Below are positions 38,237 to 48,486 of a stretch of DNA of 64,000 nt, one piece after another. The translations under genes and the position numbers were made by a program. The stretch is from an uncultured Verrucomicrobiae bacterium. Its GTDB lineage: Bacteria > Verrucomicrobiota > Verrucomicrobiia > Chthoniobacterales > JAFAMB01. The notes below the pieces were generated by a model, which saw only the letters and a list, made by a program, of their open reading frames with translations, had not been told where the DNA came from and ran no database searches. Numbering within the stretch: position 1 is the first letter of the stretch; every line of letters starts with the position of its first letter. The stretch lies in NCBI GenBank assembly GCA_963837955.1, contig CAWIPH010000002.1, forward strand, positions 2,784,001-2,848,000. The letters run 5' to 3'.

Positions 38237-39238
38237 TTAAGCCATAGGATGCCTATGTGCCGCCGAATAGCGGCCGGTAACGAAGTGCTCGAGCTGCCGC
38301 TCGATGTCGGTAAGCAACGTAGAAGCGCCAAAACGGAATAGCTCGGGTTCGACCCATTCGCGACCCAACTCCTCCTTCATCAGGATTAACCAGGTGAGCG
38401 CATCCTTCGCGGCACGAATACCTCCGGCAGGCTTGAAGCCCACCTTGTACCCGGTCCGCTCCTGATAGCCTCGAATCGCACGAACCATGGTGAGACTAAC
38501 TGGAAGCGTAGCGTTTTCGGTCTCTTTTCCGGTTGATGTCTTGACGAAATCAGCGCCCGCCATCATCGCGACCAAGCTCGCGCGGTAAACATTCCGCAAT
38601 GTTCCTAGCTCACCGGTTGCTAGAATCGTTTTCAGATGAGCTTCGCCACAGGCTTTCCGGAATTGGAGTATCTCGTCGTACAGCGCCTGCCAGTTATCGG
38701 TCAGAACGTGCTCACGGGTAATAACGATGTCGATTTCGGCAGCACCCTCACTGACCGCATATCGTATCTCTTCCAATCGCAGACGCATTGGGCTCAGGCC
38801 ACTGGGGAATCCCGTGGCGACGGAGGCCACCGGAATGTTTGTGCCGTGCAACGCTTGAACCGCGGCCGGCACCATGGTCGGATAAACACAGACTGCTCCG
38901 ACCGTAAGACCGAGATCAGTCACGCCGAGAGACTCCAACAAATCCGGTCGAATCGGTTGCCGAGCCTTGGCACAAAGCCGGCGCACTTTTCCCGCGGTAT
39001 CGTCCCCTGCGAGAGTGGTCAAATCGATACAGCTCACCGCCTTTAGCAGCCAGGCCGCTTGCCATTGTTTCTTCACCGTGCGGCGGCCAGTTAGGCTGGC
39101 TGACCGGCGCTCAACTGCACTCAGGTTCACCCGGACATCGCGGACCCAGTCGAGATCCAGCTGGATCCCCGGATTACGATTGCGCGATGCTATACGGGTC
39201 GCTTGAACCTGCTCGAGCGTTGTCGCTGACGATTTCAT
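38237..39238 (-). CDS. deoC: Deoxyribose-phosphate aldolase (long type)
   Basis: IDLTTL, AVCVYP, VATGFP, EIDIVI, FVKTSTGKE, GFKPAGGI, FRFGAS. Confidence 0.95.
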   Translation of the reverse strand: MKSSATTLEQVQATRIASRNRNPGIQLDLDWVRDVRVNLSAVERRSASLTGRRTVKKQWQAAWLLKAVSCIDLTTLAGDDTAGKVRRLCAKARQPIRPDLLESLGVTDLGLTVGAVCVYPTMVPAAVQALHGTNIPVASVATGFPSGLSPMRLRLEEIRYAVSEGAAEIDIVITREHVLTDNWQALYDEILQFRKACGEAHLKTILATGELGTLRNVYRASLVAMMAGADFVKTSTGKETENATLPVSLTMVRAIRGYQERTGYKVGFKPAGGIRAAKDALTWLILMKEELGREWVEPELFRFGASTLLTDIERQLEHFVTGRYSAAHRHPMA

Positions 39239-40288
39239 TTACTTCCGATCTCCACTGGGCGGAGAATGCGCCGGTCGATAGGTTCGTCCTCCGTTCATTT
39301 TTTTTAAAAGAAAGCTAGCCGTTTGTTCGTCTGTCACTAGCACGTTGTAATATCGCGCGATCAAGCCGGCCCGAACCGCTGCGTGTTTGGATCTGCCGCC
39401 GGCTACACAAATCGAACATTCCTTGTCCCGCAGCGCTTTCGGATCGAGCCCGATCGTCCGGGCATTAATCGCGTCATCTGCAATCTCACCATCGCGATTG
39501 ATAAATCGACCCAAAATGTCACCAACTGCGCCCTTCCGGCGAAGATGAGCGATTTCGGCTTTCGTCAAATGGCCCGACTCCACATGCACCGACCGGTGCG
39601 ACAGCGCTCCGACTGTGAAGCAAGCAATCGGCGTCTTCTCTGCAGCCTTGAGGACACTAGAGATTGTTGGATCCTGTTCGAGTGCTTCTTTGGTGGCGCG
39701 AAGACCGAGGATCGCCGGGACCGGCATGATTGTGGCGAAACCAGCCGCGGAAGCAGCCATTCTGACGGCAACGTCGACAGGCTGACTGGGGGAATTCGTT
39801 CGACCAATTCCACCGTTGAGCACCACCACATGCAATCCGCGATTCCATTGATGAGGCATCCACCTAACCAACGCCGCCATCGTTCGTCCCCAGGAAATGC
39901 CGAGTGTCTTTGGGCGCGGATACAAAGAAGCCAGGTAACGGGCGCCGGCGTGGGCCACCGCATCCAGAATAAATCCGTCGTTATCTACTGTCACCGGTAC
40001 GACCACCGCTTCCCGCAGAGCAAACTGGCGCTGCAAGGCGCTTTCCAGATCTGGTCGACGAGGCGCCCGGGGAGAGATGTCGATCCGAACGACATCGAGT
40101 GCCCGGGCTTCATGCAACAATCTTCCCACCTGCCAGCGGGTAAGGCCCAACTGTTTAGCAATCTCGCTTTGCGTGCGATCCAGCTCGTAATAGAGTTTTG
40201 CCGCTTGCACCATTAAATGCTCCCTCTGCTCTTCCGAAGAAACCCGGGGAGCACTTCTCCGAGACCGAGATTTTCGCTTCCCCGTCAT
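39239..40288 (-). CDS. SorC/DeoR-type sugar-binding transcriptional regulator
   Basis: AKLYY...TQSEIA...VGRLL HTH; GISWGRT, GAVGDI, LVTDE. Confidence 0.92.
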   Translation of the reverse strand: MTGKRKSRSRRSAPRVSSEEQREHLMVQAAKLYYELDRTQSEIAKQLGLTRWQVGRLLHEARALDVVRIDISPRAPRRPDLESALQRQFALREAVVVPVTVDNDGFILDAVAHAGARYLASLYPRPKTLGISWGRTMAALVRWMPHQWNRGLHVVVLNGGIGRTNSPSQPVDVAVRMAASAAGFATIMPVPAILGLRATKEALEQDPTISSVLKAAEKTPIACFTVGALSHRSVHVESGHLTKAEIAHLRRKGAVGDILGRFINRDGEIADDAINARTIGLDPKALRDKECSICVAGGRSKHAAVRAGLIARYYNVLVTDEQTASFLLKKMNGGRTYRPAHSPPSGDRK

Positions 40289-40383
40289 TTCAGGTCGTGA
40301 CCAGCGAGCGGTTCATTCCTTACTCAAGCTTGTCACAACCATATCTTTGGAGCAAACAACAAATGTAGATAAATCCTTCAAAT

Positions 40384-40426
40384 GTTGATCGCGCTCAACA
40401 AAAGTTGTAATTTACAACAGTTGAGC
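40384..40426. promoter_or_regulatory. Nested palindromes, candidate regulator operators
   Basis: GTTGA-N6-TCAAC, GTTGTAA-T-TTACAAC and GCTCAAC...GTTGAGC in the divergent promoter region. Confidence 0.55.
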
Positions 40427-40535
40427 AATGGGCTTAAATGCCATTCAGAGTCGACTCGCTCCGGCAAGAGGATTATGGCTTCCGGTCGCAGCCGCGCCCC
40501 CCGTTCCACCTTAGAAGATCGTCCCCCAAACAATT

Positions 40536-41972
40536 ATGAAACCCAAATTCTTCCCCTTGTGGCTTACCTGGCTGGCCGCAAGTGTCGGCACCGGCTTCGC
40601 CGAACTGCCCCATTTCAATAATGTCACCGTCACTGTTATCGGCGATGCCGGACAGAACATGGAAACGCTCAACCGGTACAAGGACGATTTTACGAAAGCC
40701 GGTATCACGATCAAACAAGTCGGAGCGACGTTCACCGGCCTCTACGACAAACTCAAAACCAGTTTTGTCGCGGGCTCGAACGAGTACGACATGGTCATCT
40801 TCTACCCGTCGTATATCGGAGACTTTGCCGGCAACGGTTACCTGTCGCCGCTCGATGAGTACATGAAGAAATCGCCGGCTTCGGTTTGGGATCCGAACCT
40901 GGCCGAAGTTGAGCCACCTTTCCGCGAGGTCTACTGCAAGTGGGCGGGAAAAACCTATGCCTTACCCTATGACGGGGATGTGCTTCTTCTGTACTACCGC
41001 AAGGATCTCTTTGAGAACCCGGAAGAGAAAGCTGCTTTTCAGAAGAAATATAATCGGGAGTTGGCTCCTCCGGCGACTTGGAAAGAATGGTTGCAGGTCG
41101 CGGAATTCTTCACTCGCAAACAGGGTGATACACTGGCCGGACAGAAACTCGATCATCCTTTCTACGGCGCCGGCGAGTATGGGGCCCGCGGTTTCAGTTA
41201 TGGGTGGTTTCTAGCTCGGTTTGCCAGCTCTGGCGGAATTTATTTTGATGAAAACATGAATCCGCAGATCAATACGCCGGCGGCGGTCGAAGGTCTGCAA
41301 AACATGATCGACAGCCTGAAATCCTGTCCCCCTGACGTGCTGAGTTATGGGTACGAAGAACTCAAGAACGGTTTCCTTAACGGCGATCTGGCCATGGTAG
41401 TGCAGTGGTCGGACGTCGGAAAAAAGACCGCCGACCCACAGCTTAGTAAGATCGTGGGGAAAGCTGGATTTGCGCTAGTTCCGGGCACCGAGGTGAACGG
41501 TCAGGTTCAGCATAAGGCACCGATGCCGGTAGGCCGGGTTTTAGCGATACCGGCAAATTCGAAGAACAAAGAAGCCGCCTATTGGGTCGCGAAATATCTT
41601 TCTCTGGACAAAAGTTCAATCACGGTTGGTGCCAATTGGAACGGGCAAGATCCTTACCGGATCAGCCATTTCACTGATACCTCACACTACAAGTTTCCAG
41701 ATGAAGCCTCGGTGAAAGACTATCTGGCAGCAGTCGAAGCAAACCTGAAAAACGGATTCCCCGATTTGAATATTCCCGGAGCAGCCCAATACATCGACGC
41801 TTTGGATGTCGCGGTGACTAAAGCCCTTTCCGGAGAAGCGGACCCGAAGACGGCGTTGGATGGTGTGGCTACGGACTGGAAAGGAATCACCGACCGGCTG
41901 GGAGCAGAAAACCAAGGGAAGTTCTGGAAAGACGCGCTGACTAGCTACCGCGCGGCCGGCCTCCTTAAGTGA
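40536..41972 (+). CDS. Carbohydrate ABC (CUT1) substrate-binding protein
   Basis: Signal peptide; YALPYDGD, YYRKDLF, PPATWKE. Confidence 0.9.
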   Translation: MKPKFFPLWLTWLAASVGTGFAELPHFNNVTVTVIGDAGQNMETLNRYKDDFTKAGITIKQVGATFTGLYDKLKTSFVAGSNEYDMVIFYPSYIGDFAGNGYLSPLDEYMKKSPASVWDPNLAEVEPPFREVYCKWAGKTYALPYDGDVLLLYYRKDLFENPEEKAAFQKKYNRELAPPATWKEWLQVAEFFTRKQGDTLAGQKLDHPFYGAGEYGARGFSYGWFLARFASSGGIYFDENMNPQINTPAAVEGLQNMIDSLKSCPPDVLSYGYEELKNGFLNGDLAMVVQWSDVGKKTADPQLSKIVGKAGFALVPGTEVNGQVQHKAPMPVGRVLAIPANSKNKEAAYWVAKYLSLDKSSITVGANWNGQDPYRISHFTDTSHYKFPDEASVKDYLAAVEANLKNGFPDLNIPGAAQYIDALDVAVTKALSGEADPKTALDGVATDWKGITDRLGAENQGKFWKDALTSYRAAGLLK

Positions 41973-42084
41973 AGCAACCAGGCAGGGGTAGCGGTCCCGC
42001 GGCCGCGGAGTCCTGCCAATCTTAAAAGAGAACTGTTTTGCGAGGCCTGCCAGAAAGAGAATTAATTGAGCCTAACCAAAGGGC

Positions 42085-42199
42085 GGGGAGGGCGCACGTC
42101 CTAGTGCGCCGAGGATCGCGAGGATCCGACGTCGCAAAAACGCACGGTCGTTGAGCGCGATGCATCAAAGCTATGTCGGACAGGCTGCGATCCCTCCCC
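42085..42199. repeat. Second copy of the 34421 REP, interrupted by a 62-bp insert
   Basis: GGGGAGGGCGCACGTCCTAGTGCGCCGAGGATCGCGAGGA[TCCGAC...GTCGGACAGGCT]GCGATCCCTCCCC. Confidence 0.75.
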
Positions 42200-42272
42200 A
42201 CGAGGGGCGACTGGATTCGGTAGATCTGGCGCAATCGGTTGCTCCGCGACCGTGCTACTCAATTAGCCAACG

Positions 42273-43229
42273 ATGAACGTCACTGGACAGTCGCCGCCAC
42301 CAAACTCCGAATTCCAACCGGCCACTGTGAACCCCGAACCGATAAATCGGTCGGGCGGTACGAGCGATCAAAGGTTCGCCCGGACGATGGTGGGTCCCGC
42401 CGTCGCGTTACTTTTCCTGGTGACGATCGCCCCTCTCCTCTTCTCGCTCGTCGTTTCATTTACAAATCTCCAGTTCAGCGCCCCGCAGCCGATGCGGTGG
42501 GTTGGGATCGACAACTATCTCACGCTGATTACGAAGGATGGTCGTTTCCAAAGCGCATTGGGACGAACCTTGTTGTTGGTAATCGCCGGTGTGATAACCC
42601 AAACTGTCATCGGGTACTTCATCGCCTCTTTGCTTTCCCGGGTCCGACGAAACCGGGCGTTAATTCTGAGTCCGATCCTAATTCCGGCTGTCATCTCTCC
42701 AGTTGTTGCGGGGTGGCAAGGAAGAATGATCTTTAATGCTTCGTACGGCCCGCTGAACGATCTCTTGGCGCGATTCGGAATCCAGGGGCCAGCATGGCTG
42801 GCCTCTCCCCAGACGGCGTTGGTTTCGGTCTTTCTGACTGACACCTGGCAATGGACTCCGTTCCTTGCGCTGGTGATTCTCGCCGCTATCGAGAGTCAAC
42901 CGCAGGAATTGATCGAGGCGGCGCGGCTGGATGGTGCACACGGATGGTCCATGTTTCGCCGGATTACGTTGCCTCTGATATTGCCGGTTACCGGCATCGG
43001 GATTCTACTGCGCGGGGTCGATCTGTTTAAAACGTTCGACCTCGTCTATATCCTGACCCAGGGGGGCCCGGGCAATTCCAGCGAGACCCTCACATTCTTT
43101 ACTTACTTGGAAGGCTTCAAATTCTTTAACCCAAGCTATGCCTCTGCCATGTCGTTCATCCAGTTGGTCGTGGTAACCGTAGCGGCTAAGGGCTTCCTAG
43201 GTGTCATGCGCAAACAGGGGAGTATTTAG
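42273..43229 (+). CDS. Carbohydrate ABC permease (MalF-like)
   Basis: WQWTPF, EAARLDGA EAA loop, TQGGPG. Confidence 0.92.
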   Translation: MNVTGQSPPPNSEFQPATVNPEPINRSGGTSDQRFARTMVGPAVALLFLVTIAPLLFSLVVSFTNLQFSAPQPMRWVGIDNYLTLITKDGRFQSALGRTLLLVIAGVITQTVIGYFIASLLSRVRRNRALILSPILIPAVISPVVAGWQGRMIFNASYGPLNDLLARFGIQGPAWLASPQTALVSVFLTDTWQWTPFLALVILAAIESQPQELIEAARLDGAHGWSMFRRITLPLILPVTGIGILLRGVDLFKTFDLVYILTQGGPGNSSETLTFFTYLEGFKFFNPSYASAMSFIQLVVVTVAAKGFLGVMRKQGSI

Positions 43230-43231
43230 AC

Positions 43232-44050
43232 ATGTCCAAGCGTTTTGTGCTCGAATTCCTAAAGTGGGTCGCATTGCTCGGCGTACTGATGATCTTTCTG
43301 TTTCCGTTATTTTGGATCATCTCCAGCAGCCTGAAAGCCCGGGGTGAATTCTTTACGCGTCCGCCGGTCTGGATTCCATCGCATGCCGAATGGTCAAACT
43401 ATCCGGATTCCCTTGGCCGGGGGGCATTAAAAGGTTTAGCCGACAGTTTCACGATCGCCTTTTCGTCCATGTTGGTCTCGCTGCTGCTGGGCGCACCGGC
43501 CGCCTATGCGATTGCTCGATTTCAAATCGGGAAAAAGAATCTCGCTTTCTGGATTCTTTCGATCCGAATGTTTCCACCGATCGCGACCATCCTTCCCCTC
43601 TTTGTTATCTTCCGCTTCGTCGGACTGGTCGACTCGTACCTAGGGCTGATTCTGTCGTACACCGTCTTCAACTTGCCTTTTGCGATCTGGATTCTAAAAG
43701 GCTTTATCGAAGACCTTCCGCGTGAAATCGAGGAAGCGGCAAAGGTCGATGGAGCTACGCGATTTCAGATCTTTCGAAACATCGTGATCCCGCTGGTTGC
43801 TCCTGGTCTGGTGGTTGTCGCGCTTTTCACATTTATCTTTGCCTGGAATGATTTTGCTTACGCTGTGATCTTCAGTGGATCGAACGTAACTCCGCTGCCA
43901 GTCGTTATTGCCCAGTTTGCCGGCGGACACGAAATCCTTTGGGGACAGATCTCAGCTGCGGCAATTATCGCGATTGTGCCGGCCCTGGTGCTGGCCACCT
44001 TTCTTCAAAAATATCTGACCCGCGGTCTGACCATGGGGGCAATTAAATGA
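43232..44050 (+). CDS. Carbohydrate ABC permease (MalG-like)
   Basis: EEAAKVDGA, FIFAWND, GLTMGAIK. Confidence 0.92.
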   Translation: MSKRFVLEFLKWVALLGVLMIFLFPLFWIISSSLKARGEFFTRPPVWIPSHAEWSNYPDSLGRGALKGLADSFTIAFSSMLVSLLLGAPAAYAIARFQIGKKNLAFWILSIRMFPPIATILPLFVIFRFVGLVDSYLGLILSYTVFNLPFAIWILKGFIEDLPREIEEAAKVDGATRFQIFRNIVIPLVAPGLVVVALFTFIFAWNDFAYAVIFSGSNVTPLPVVIAQFAGGHEILWGQISAAAIIAIVPALVLATFLQKYLTRGLTMGAIK

Positions 44051-44156
44051 AGAACTTACGGAACATGGAATTCAGAATATAAAGCCTGACGCGTTCAGCC
44101 CCGATGAACCTGCAACTTCCCACCTCCAACCTTTAACCTGTAACTGTTATCATCCT

Positions 44157-44591
44157 ATGCTCAAAAACCTCAGCCCCCTACATACTCCCGAACTGTTGCA
44201 CACACTTGCTTCGATGGGACACGGAGACGACATCGTCGTCGTCGATGCGCATTTCCCGGCAGTCTCGATGGCGAAAAAGTTAATCCGTTTGGACGGGGTC
44301 AACGCGCCGGCTGCTCTTCAGGCCTGCCTCCAGCTCATTCCCCTTGATACTTTTGTCGATGATCCGGCCCTCCGGATGGAGGTGGTCCAAGATCCAAATG
44401 AAATCCCGGAAGTTCAAAAGGAGTTTCAGAAAGTCATCGATCAGGAGGAAGGCAAGCATATTCCCCTGGTCAAAATCGAGCGCCATGCATTCTATGAACG
44501 CGCGAAGAAGGCGTTTGCAATCATTGCCACTGGCGAACTACGCACCTACGGCTGCGTCATCATTAAAAAGGGAGTAATTCTTCCAAAATAG
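44157..44591 (+). CDS. RbsD/FucU-family mutarotase
   Basis: MGHGDDIVVVDAHFP, ERHAFYERAK, ATGE, KKG. Confidence 0.92.
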   Translation: MLKNLSPLHTPELLHTLASMGHGDDIVVVDAHFPAVSMAKKLIRLDGVNAPAALQACLQLIPLDTFVDDPALRMEVVQDPNEIPEVQKEFQKVIDQEEGKHIPLVKIERHAFYERAKKAFAIIATGELRTYGCVIIKKGVILPK

Positions 44592-44594
44592 CGT

Positions 44595-45533
44595 ATGCCA
44601 AAACCGAAAGTGTGCGTGTTGGGTGCGTTTGTCGCCGATCTTACCTGCCGGACTGCCCGAATGCCAAAATGGGGTGAGACGATCCTGGGTGAATCATTTA
44701 AGATGGGACCCGGCGGCAAGGGTTCGAACCAAGCTGTTGCGGCGGCCCGCCTCGACGCTGAGGTCCGTTTGATCACCAAACTTGGCCGAGACGCGTTCGG
44801 CGCTATGGCCCGCAAATTCTATGAAGAACAAGGGATGAGCCTCGATCACGTTCTTGAGGATGCAGAAGAGTCCAGCGGCACCGCGACAATCTTGGTCGAC
44901 CACGCCACCAGCGAGAACACGATTGTGGTCGTTCCAGGCGCTTGCGGCAAATTGACCGTTGCTGAAGTCGAGGCCGCCCGGGATGAGATCACCTCGGCTG
45001 ATATCTTTCTCACCCAACTGGAGCTTCCCATCCCGCCGACGATCCGCGGCATTGAGATCGCTCACGAAGCTGGCGTCCCGGTCATCTTGAATCCCGCACC
45101 CGCTCTTCCTGTTCCGGCCGAAATATTAGCCAAGGTCGATTATCTGACACCGAACGAAACGGAAGCGCTTGGCCTGATCGGCAGTGACACATCGATCGAT
45201 CCACAAGATTTGGACACTTTGGCCGACAGATTGCTCCAAACAGGCGCCAAAAACGTTGTCCTGACTTTGGGTGAGAAAGGTGCATTCGTCAAAAATGCCA
45301 GCCTTCGCGAGTTTGTTCCGGCGTTTTCGATAGGTAAAGTTGTGGAGACGACCGGTGCTGGGGACGCTTTTGCTGGAGGTTTCGCAGTGGCGTTGGCCGA
45401 AGGGAAATCGATTGTGGAAGCTACGCGGTATGGTTGCGCAGTCGCCGGGATATCGGTGACTCGAGCGGGAACCGCGCCGTCAATGCCACATCGTGATGAG
45501 GTTGATAAGCTGCTGGGAGCGATGGCCGATTGA
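44595..45533 (+). CDS. rbsK: Ribokinase/deoxyribokinase (PfkB family)
   Basis: GGKGSNQA, NPAPA, PNETE, TTGAGDAF. Confidence 0.9.
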   Translation: MPKPKVCVLGAFVADLTCRTARMPKWGETILGESFKMGPGGKGSNQAVAAARLDAEVRLITKLGRDAFGAMARKFYEEQGMSLDHVLEDAEESSGTATILVDHATSENTIVVVPGACGKLTVAEVEAARDEITSADIFLTQLELPIPPTIRGIEIAHEAGVPVILNPAPALPVPAEILAKVDYLTPNETEALGLIGSDTSIDPQDLDTLADRLLQTGAKNVVLTLGEKGAFVKNASLREFVPAFSIGKVVETTGAGDAFAGGFAVALAEGKSIVEATRYGCAVAGISVTRAGTAPSMPHRDEVDKLLGAMAD

Positions 45534-45554
45534 AGGTTGAAAAGAAGGATGAGC

Positions 45555-45781
45555 CGTCCCGGAGGGACTCAATGAAAGTAGCCCAGTACGAAGTGCTGGG
45601 GTGGCGTTCAAAAAAACCGACCCGTCCCGGATGGGACGATCGATGGCTCCTCACTCTCGTGAAGCATACAAGAGGACCAGGCCCTAACACTTCTATCGTC
45701 CCGGACGGGACGGACGTCTCTTTTTGCATTATTTCCCAGCACTTCGTACTGGGCTACTTTCACTGAGCCCCTCCGCGGACG
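45555..45781. repeat. Long palindromic REPIN/MITE-like element
   Basis: TGAAAGTAGCCCAGTACGAAGTGCTGGG / CCCAGCACTTCGTACTGGGCTACTTTCA perfect inverted arms with GTCCC..GGGAC sub-hairpins. Confidence 0.85.
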
Positions 45782-46062
45782 ATTCCTCTCGGCGCATATC
45801 CTTCCGCGTATATCGGCGGGCGCGGGACGCCGCGGGCGAGATCCACACGAGCCGGGGAATCTTAGCACGGATGCGTTCTGCCTTTTGATCTATCGCGGGA
45901 TGTTCCTGGGAGCAGCACGCATCCGACGAAGCCTACCCCCGCGTTAAACCAATTCGCAGAAAATTGGCGAAGTCGGAAGCTACTCCCCTCCGCGCACATG
46001 GATTATCGTCCGCCGAAGGATACTGCGAAGCCCAGGGCGATGTCGCACGCAAAGACAAATCC

Positions 46063-48144
46063 CTAATGATTGGTCCGCGCCTTTTTCGCAGACTCGATCA
46101 CCTGCTGCTCAATCTCGGCCGGCAGCTCTTCATAATGGCTGAACTCTTCGCCGTGCAGACCGCGGCCACCGGTTAGGGACCTCAACTGACTGGCGTATCG
46201 GTATAGTTCTCTGGCCGGAACTTGGGCGCGGACGACCTGAAAGTGGCCCTCCGTGTCCATCCCCAGAATCTTGCCACGGCGGCTCGAAAGGTCTCCGATT
46301 ACCTTCCCCATGCAGTCCTCCGGTACGCGGATCTCAAGAGAATGGATTGGCTCCAACAAGCACGGCTTAGCCTTAAGGAACGCTTCTTTAAACGCCCAGT
46401 ACCCGGCAACCTGGAAGGAAATATCATTTGAATCGACGGGATGCATTTTCCCGTCGTAAAAATCGACTGCCAAATCCACAACCCGGTAGCCGGCGAGAAC
46501 GCCCTCAGCACACGCGTTCTGGATCCCGCGTTCTACCGAAGTAACGAATACGCGATCCACGCATTGCCCAGAGAGCGATTCGCTGAATCTAATACCGGAA
46601 TCGCGCGCTACGGGCGTTATCCGTAGCGCTACCTCAGCGAACTGCCCGGCGCCGCCCGTCTGCTTCTTATGCCGATAATTCGCATCACCAGCCATCTTTA
46701 TCGTTTCACGGAAACGCACCCGCGGTTCTACGAGATCGAAATGGACCTTGAATCGTCGGCGGAGCCGTTCGGCCACGACATCGAGATGCAGCTCGCCCTG
46801 CGCAGCCACGATCGTCTGGTGCAATTCAGGGTCAGTCGTGAACACAAATGCGGGGTCCTCCTCATGCAACGTGGCAAGTCCCGCCGCGATTTTGTCTTCT
46901 TCCCCCTTGGCCCTGGGCTGAAGCGCTGAATGGACCGTAGGTTTCGGATAAGCAGGTGCCGGCAGCTTGATCGGACGATGGGCCGAGCAAAGCGTGTTGC
47001 CGGCGTAAGTGTTTTTGAGCTTCACTGTAGCCCCGATGTCGCCGGCGCCGAGCTCGTTGACGGCTGAGCGATTGCGACCATTAAGGAAATAGATCTGGCC
47101 AATCCGTTCAGTAGTGCTACGTGCGCTATTGAGTAGGTCCATCCCAGTCTTCACCGCGCCGGAGTAAATCCGGAAGAACCACAGCTCACCGAATTGCTCC
47201 TCATTCATTATCTTGAAAACCTGTGCCACCGGCTCTGTATCTCTGAGGGTGACTTCGACCTCATTGCCGCTGCCGTCGAGAGCGACCACGTTTTGCCGGT
47301 CTACAGGCGACGAGCCATACTTCGCGATGAAATCCATTAAACGGGCAACACCGACATCGGTCTCGGCGGAAATGCAGAACAGCGGGATGAAAAGCTGCCG
47401 CTGGACCGCCGCATGGATACCACTCCGGAACTCCTCCTCGGAAAGCCCACCTTGATCGAAAAACCTCGTGAGCAACCTGTCGTCGGACTCGGCAATGAGT
47501 TCGATTAACTCGCCGTGAAGCCGGGTGACACGCTCCTTCCATTCGCCGGTCGCGGACTCCTCGGTAAATCGGCCCCGGCCCGTCGTCTCATAGGTCACGA
47601 TCTCACTCCGGAGGACGTCGAGAATCTGGTTGAAGCCGGGCCCGGGGTTCACCGGCACATTCATCGGAAATACGCGTGCACCGAACTGCGCGCGCGCATC
47701 GGCGAGGACGTCGTCAAACTTCGCGTGCTCCTTGTCCATCGCATTGACAACGATGATTTTCGGGATGCCGCATTGGGTGGCGTAATTCCAAACGCGCTCG
47801 GTACCAACTCCGACGCCGTGCTGCGCGTGAACGACGACCAGCGCGAAATCAGCTGCGCGTAACGCTGCGAGCGCCTCGCTGATGAAATCGAGGTAGCCCG
47901 GCGTATCCATGATATTCAACTTTTTGTTCATCCACGACGTGTGAAGCAAGGAGGTCTGGGTAGAGATTTGTCGCTGCTTTTCGCTGACGTGGTAATCGGA
48001 AACGGTCGAGCCATCGGCTATGCGCCCCATCCGGCCGATAGAGCCGCTACAGAGCAGCATAGCCTCACTAAGAACCGTCTTGCCGGACGAAGCGTGCCCG
48101 ACGATGGCAAAGTTGCGGATATCCGCAGGGGGATGCGGTGCCAT
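46063..48144 (-). CDS. Elongation factor G paralogue (EF-G2-like)
   Basis: Five-domain EF-G layout, HKKQTGGAGQF; divergent G motifs GHASSGKT, RQIS, DTPGY, NAMD. Confidence 0.92.
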   Translation of the reverse strand: MAPHPPADIRNFAIVGHASSGKTVLSEAMLLCSGSIGRMGRIADGSTVSDYHVSEKQRQISTQTSLLHTSWMNKKLNIMDTPGYLDFISEALAALRAADFALVVVHAQHGVGVGTERVWNYATQCGIPKIIVVNAMDKEHAKFDDVLADARAQFGARVFPMNVPVNPGPGFNQILDVLRSEIVTYETTGRGRFTEESATGEWKERVTRLHGELIELIAESDDRLLTRFFDQGGLSEEEFRSGIHAAVQRQLFIPLFCISAETDVGVARLMDFIAKYGSSPVDRQNVVALDGSGNEVEVTLRDTEPVAQVFKIMNEEQFGELWFFRIYSGAVKTGMDLLNSARSTTERIGQIYFLNGRNRSAVNELGAGDIGATVKLKNTYAGNTLCSAHRPIKLPAPAYPKPTVHSALQPRAKGEEDKIAAGLATLHEEDPAFVFTTDPELHQTIVAAQGELHLDVVAERLRRRFKVHFDLVEPRVRFRETIKMAGDANYRHKKQTGGAGQFAEVALRITPVARDSGIRFSESLSGQCVDRVFVTSVERGIQNACAEGVLAGYRVVDLAVDFYDGKMHPVDSNDISFQVAGYWAFKEAFLKAKPCLLEPIHSLEIRVPEDCMGKVIGDLSSRRGKILGMDTEGHFQVVRAQVPARELYRYASQLRSLTGGRGLHGEEFSHYEELPAEIEQQVIESAKKARTNH

Positions 48145-48486
48145 GCTTCTGAAGATGAAGCTTGGAGGCCGTGCATGCAAGCTTCGGGAACGATTGCCTC
48201 TTCTGGCCGTTATCGGAAACAGGCTGCTCTCTGTGAAATCTGTCGCCTGTGATGAAGGCCATTGTCGAATAAGGCCGTCATTGCAGGAGCCTAAAATCTT
48301 CCCTAGCCGGCCGCTGGGTCACTCGTTGCAGGTCGGATATCCGTAACGGGGCTTGGAGAATCCCGAGAATGGTAACTTCGGGTTGCCCGAACTGTCGATA
48401 TTTATTGTAATTTCCATACTTTTACTACTTATAATCCACCCTTTGAAAGCCAGGCCTCAGGCGTGTCCAAGCGAGCGAACATTGAA

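Noticed and set aside
38128..38331. Poly-(RRE) 67-aa ORF
   Set aside because: Alternative-frame reading of the nonamer repeat, overlapping deoC.
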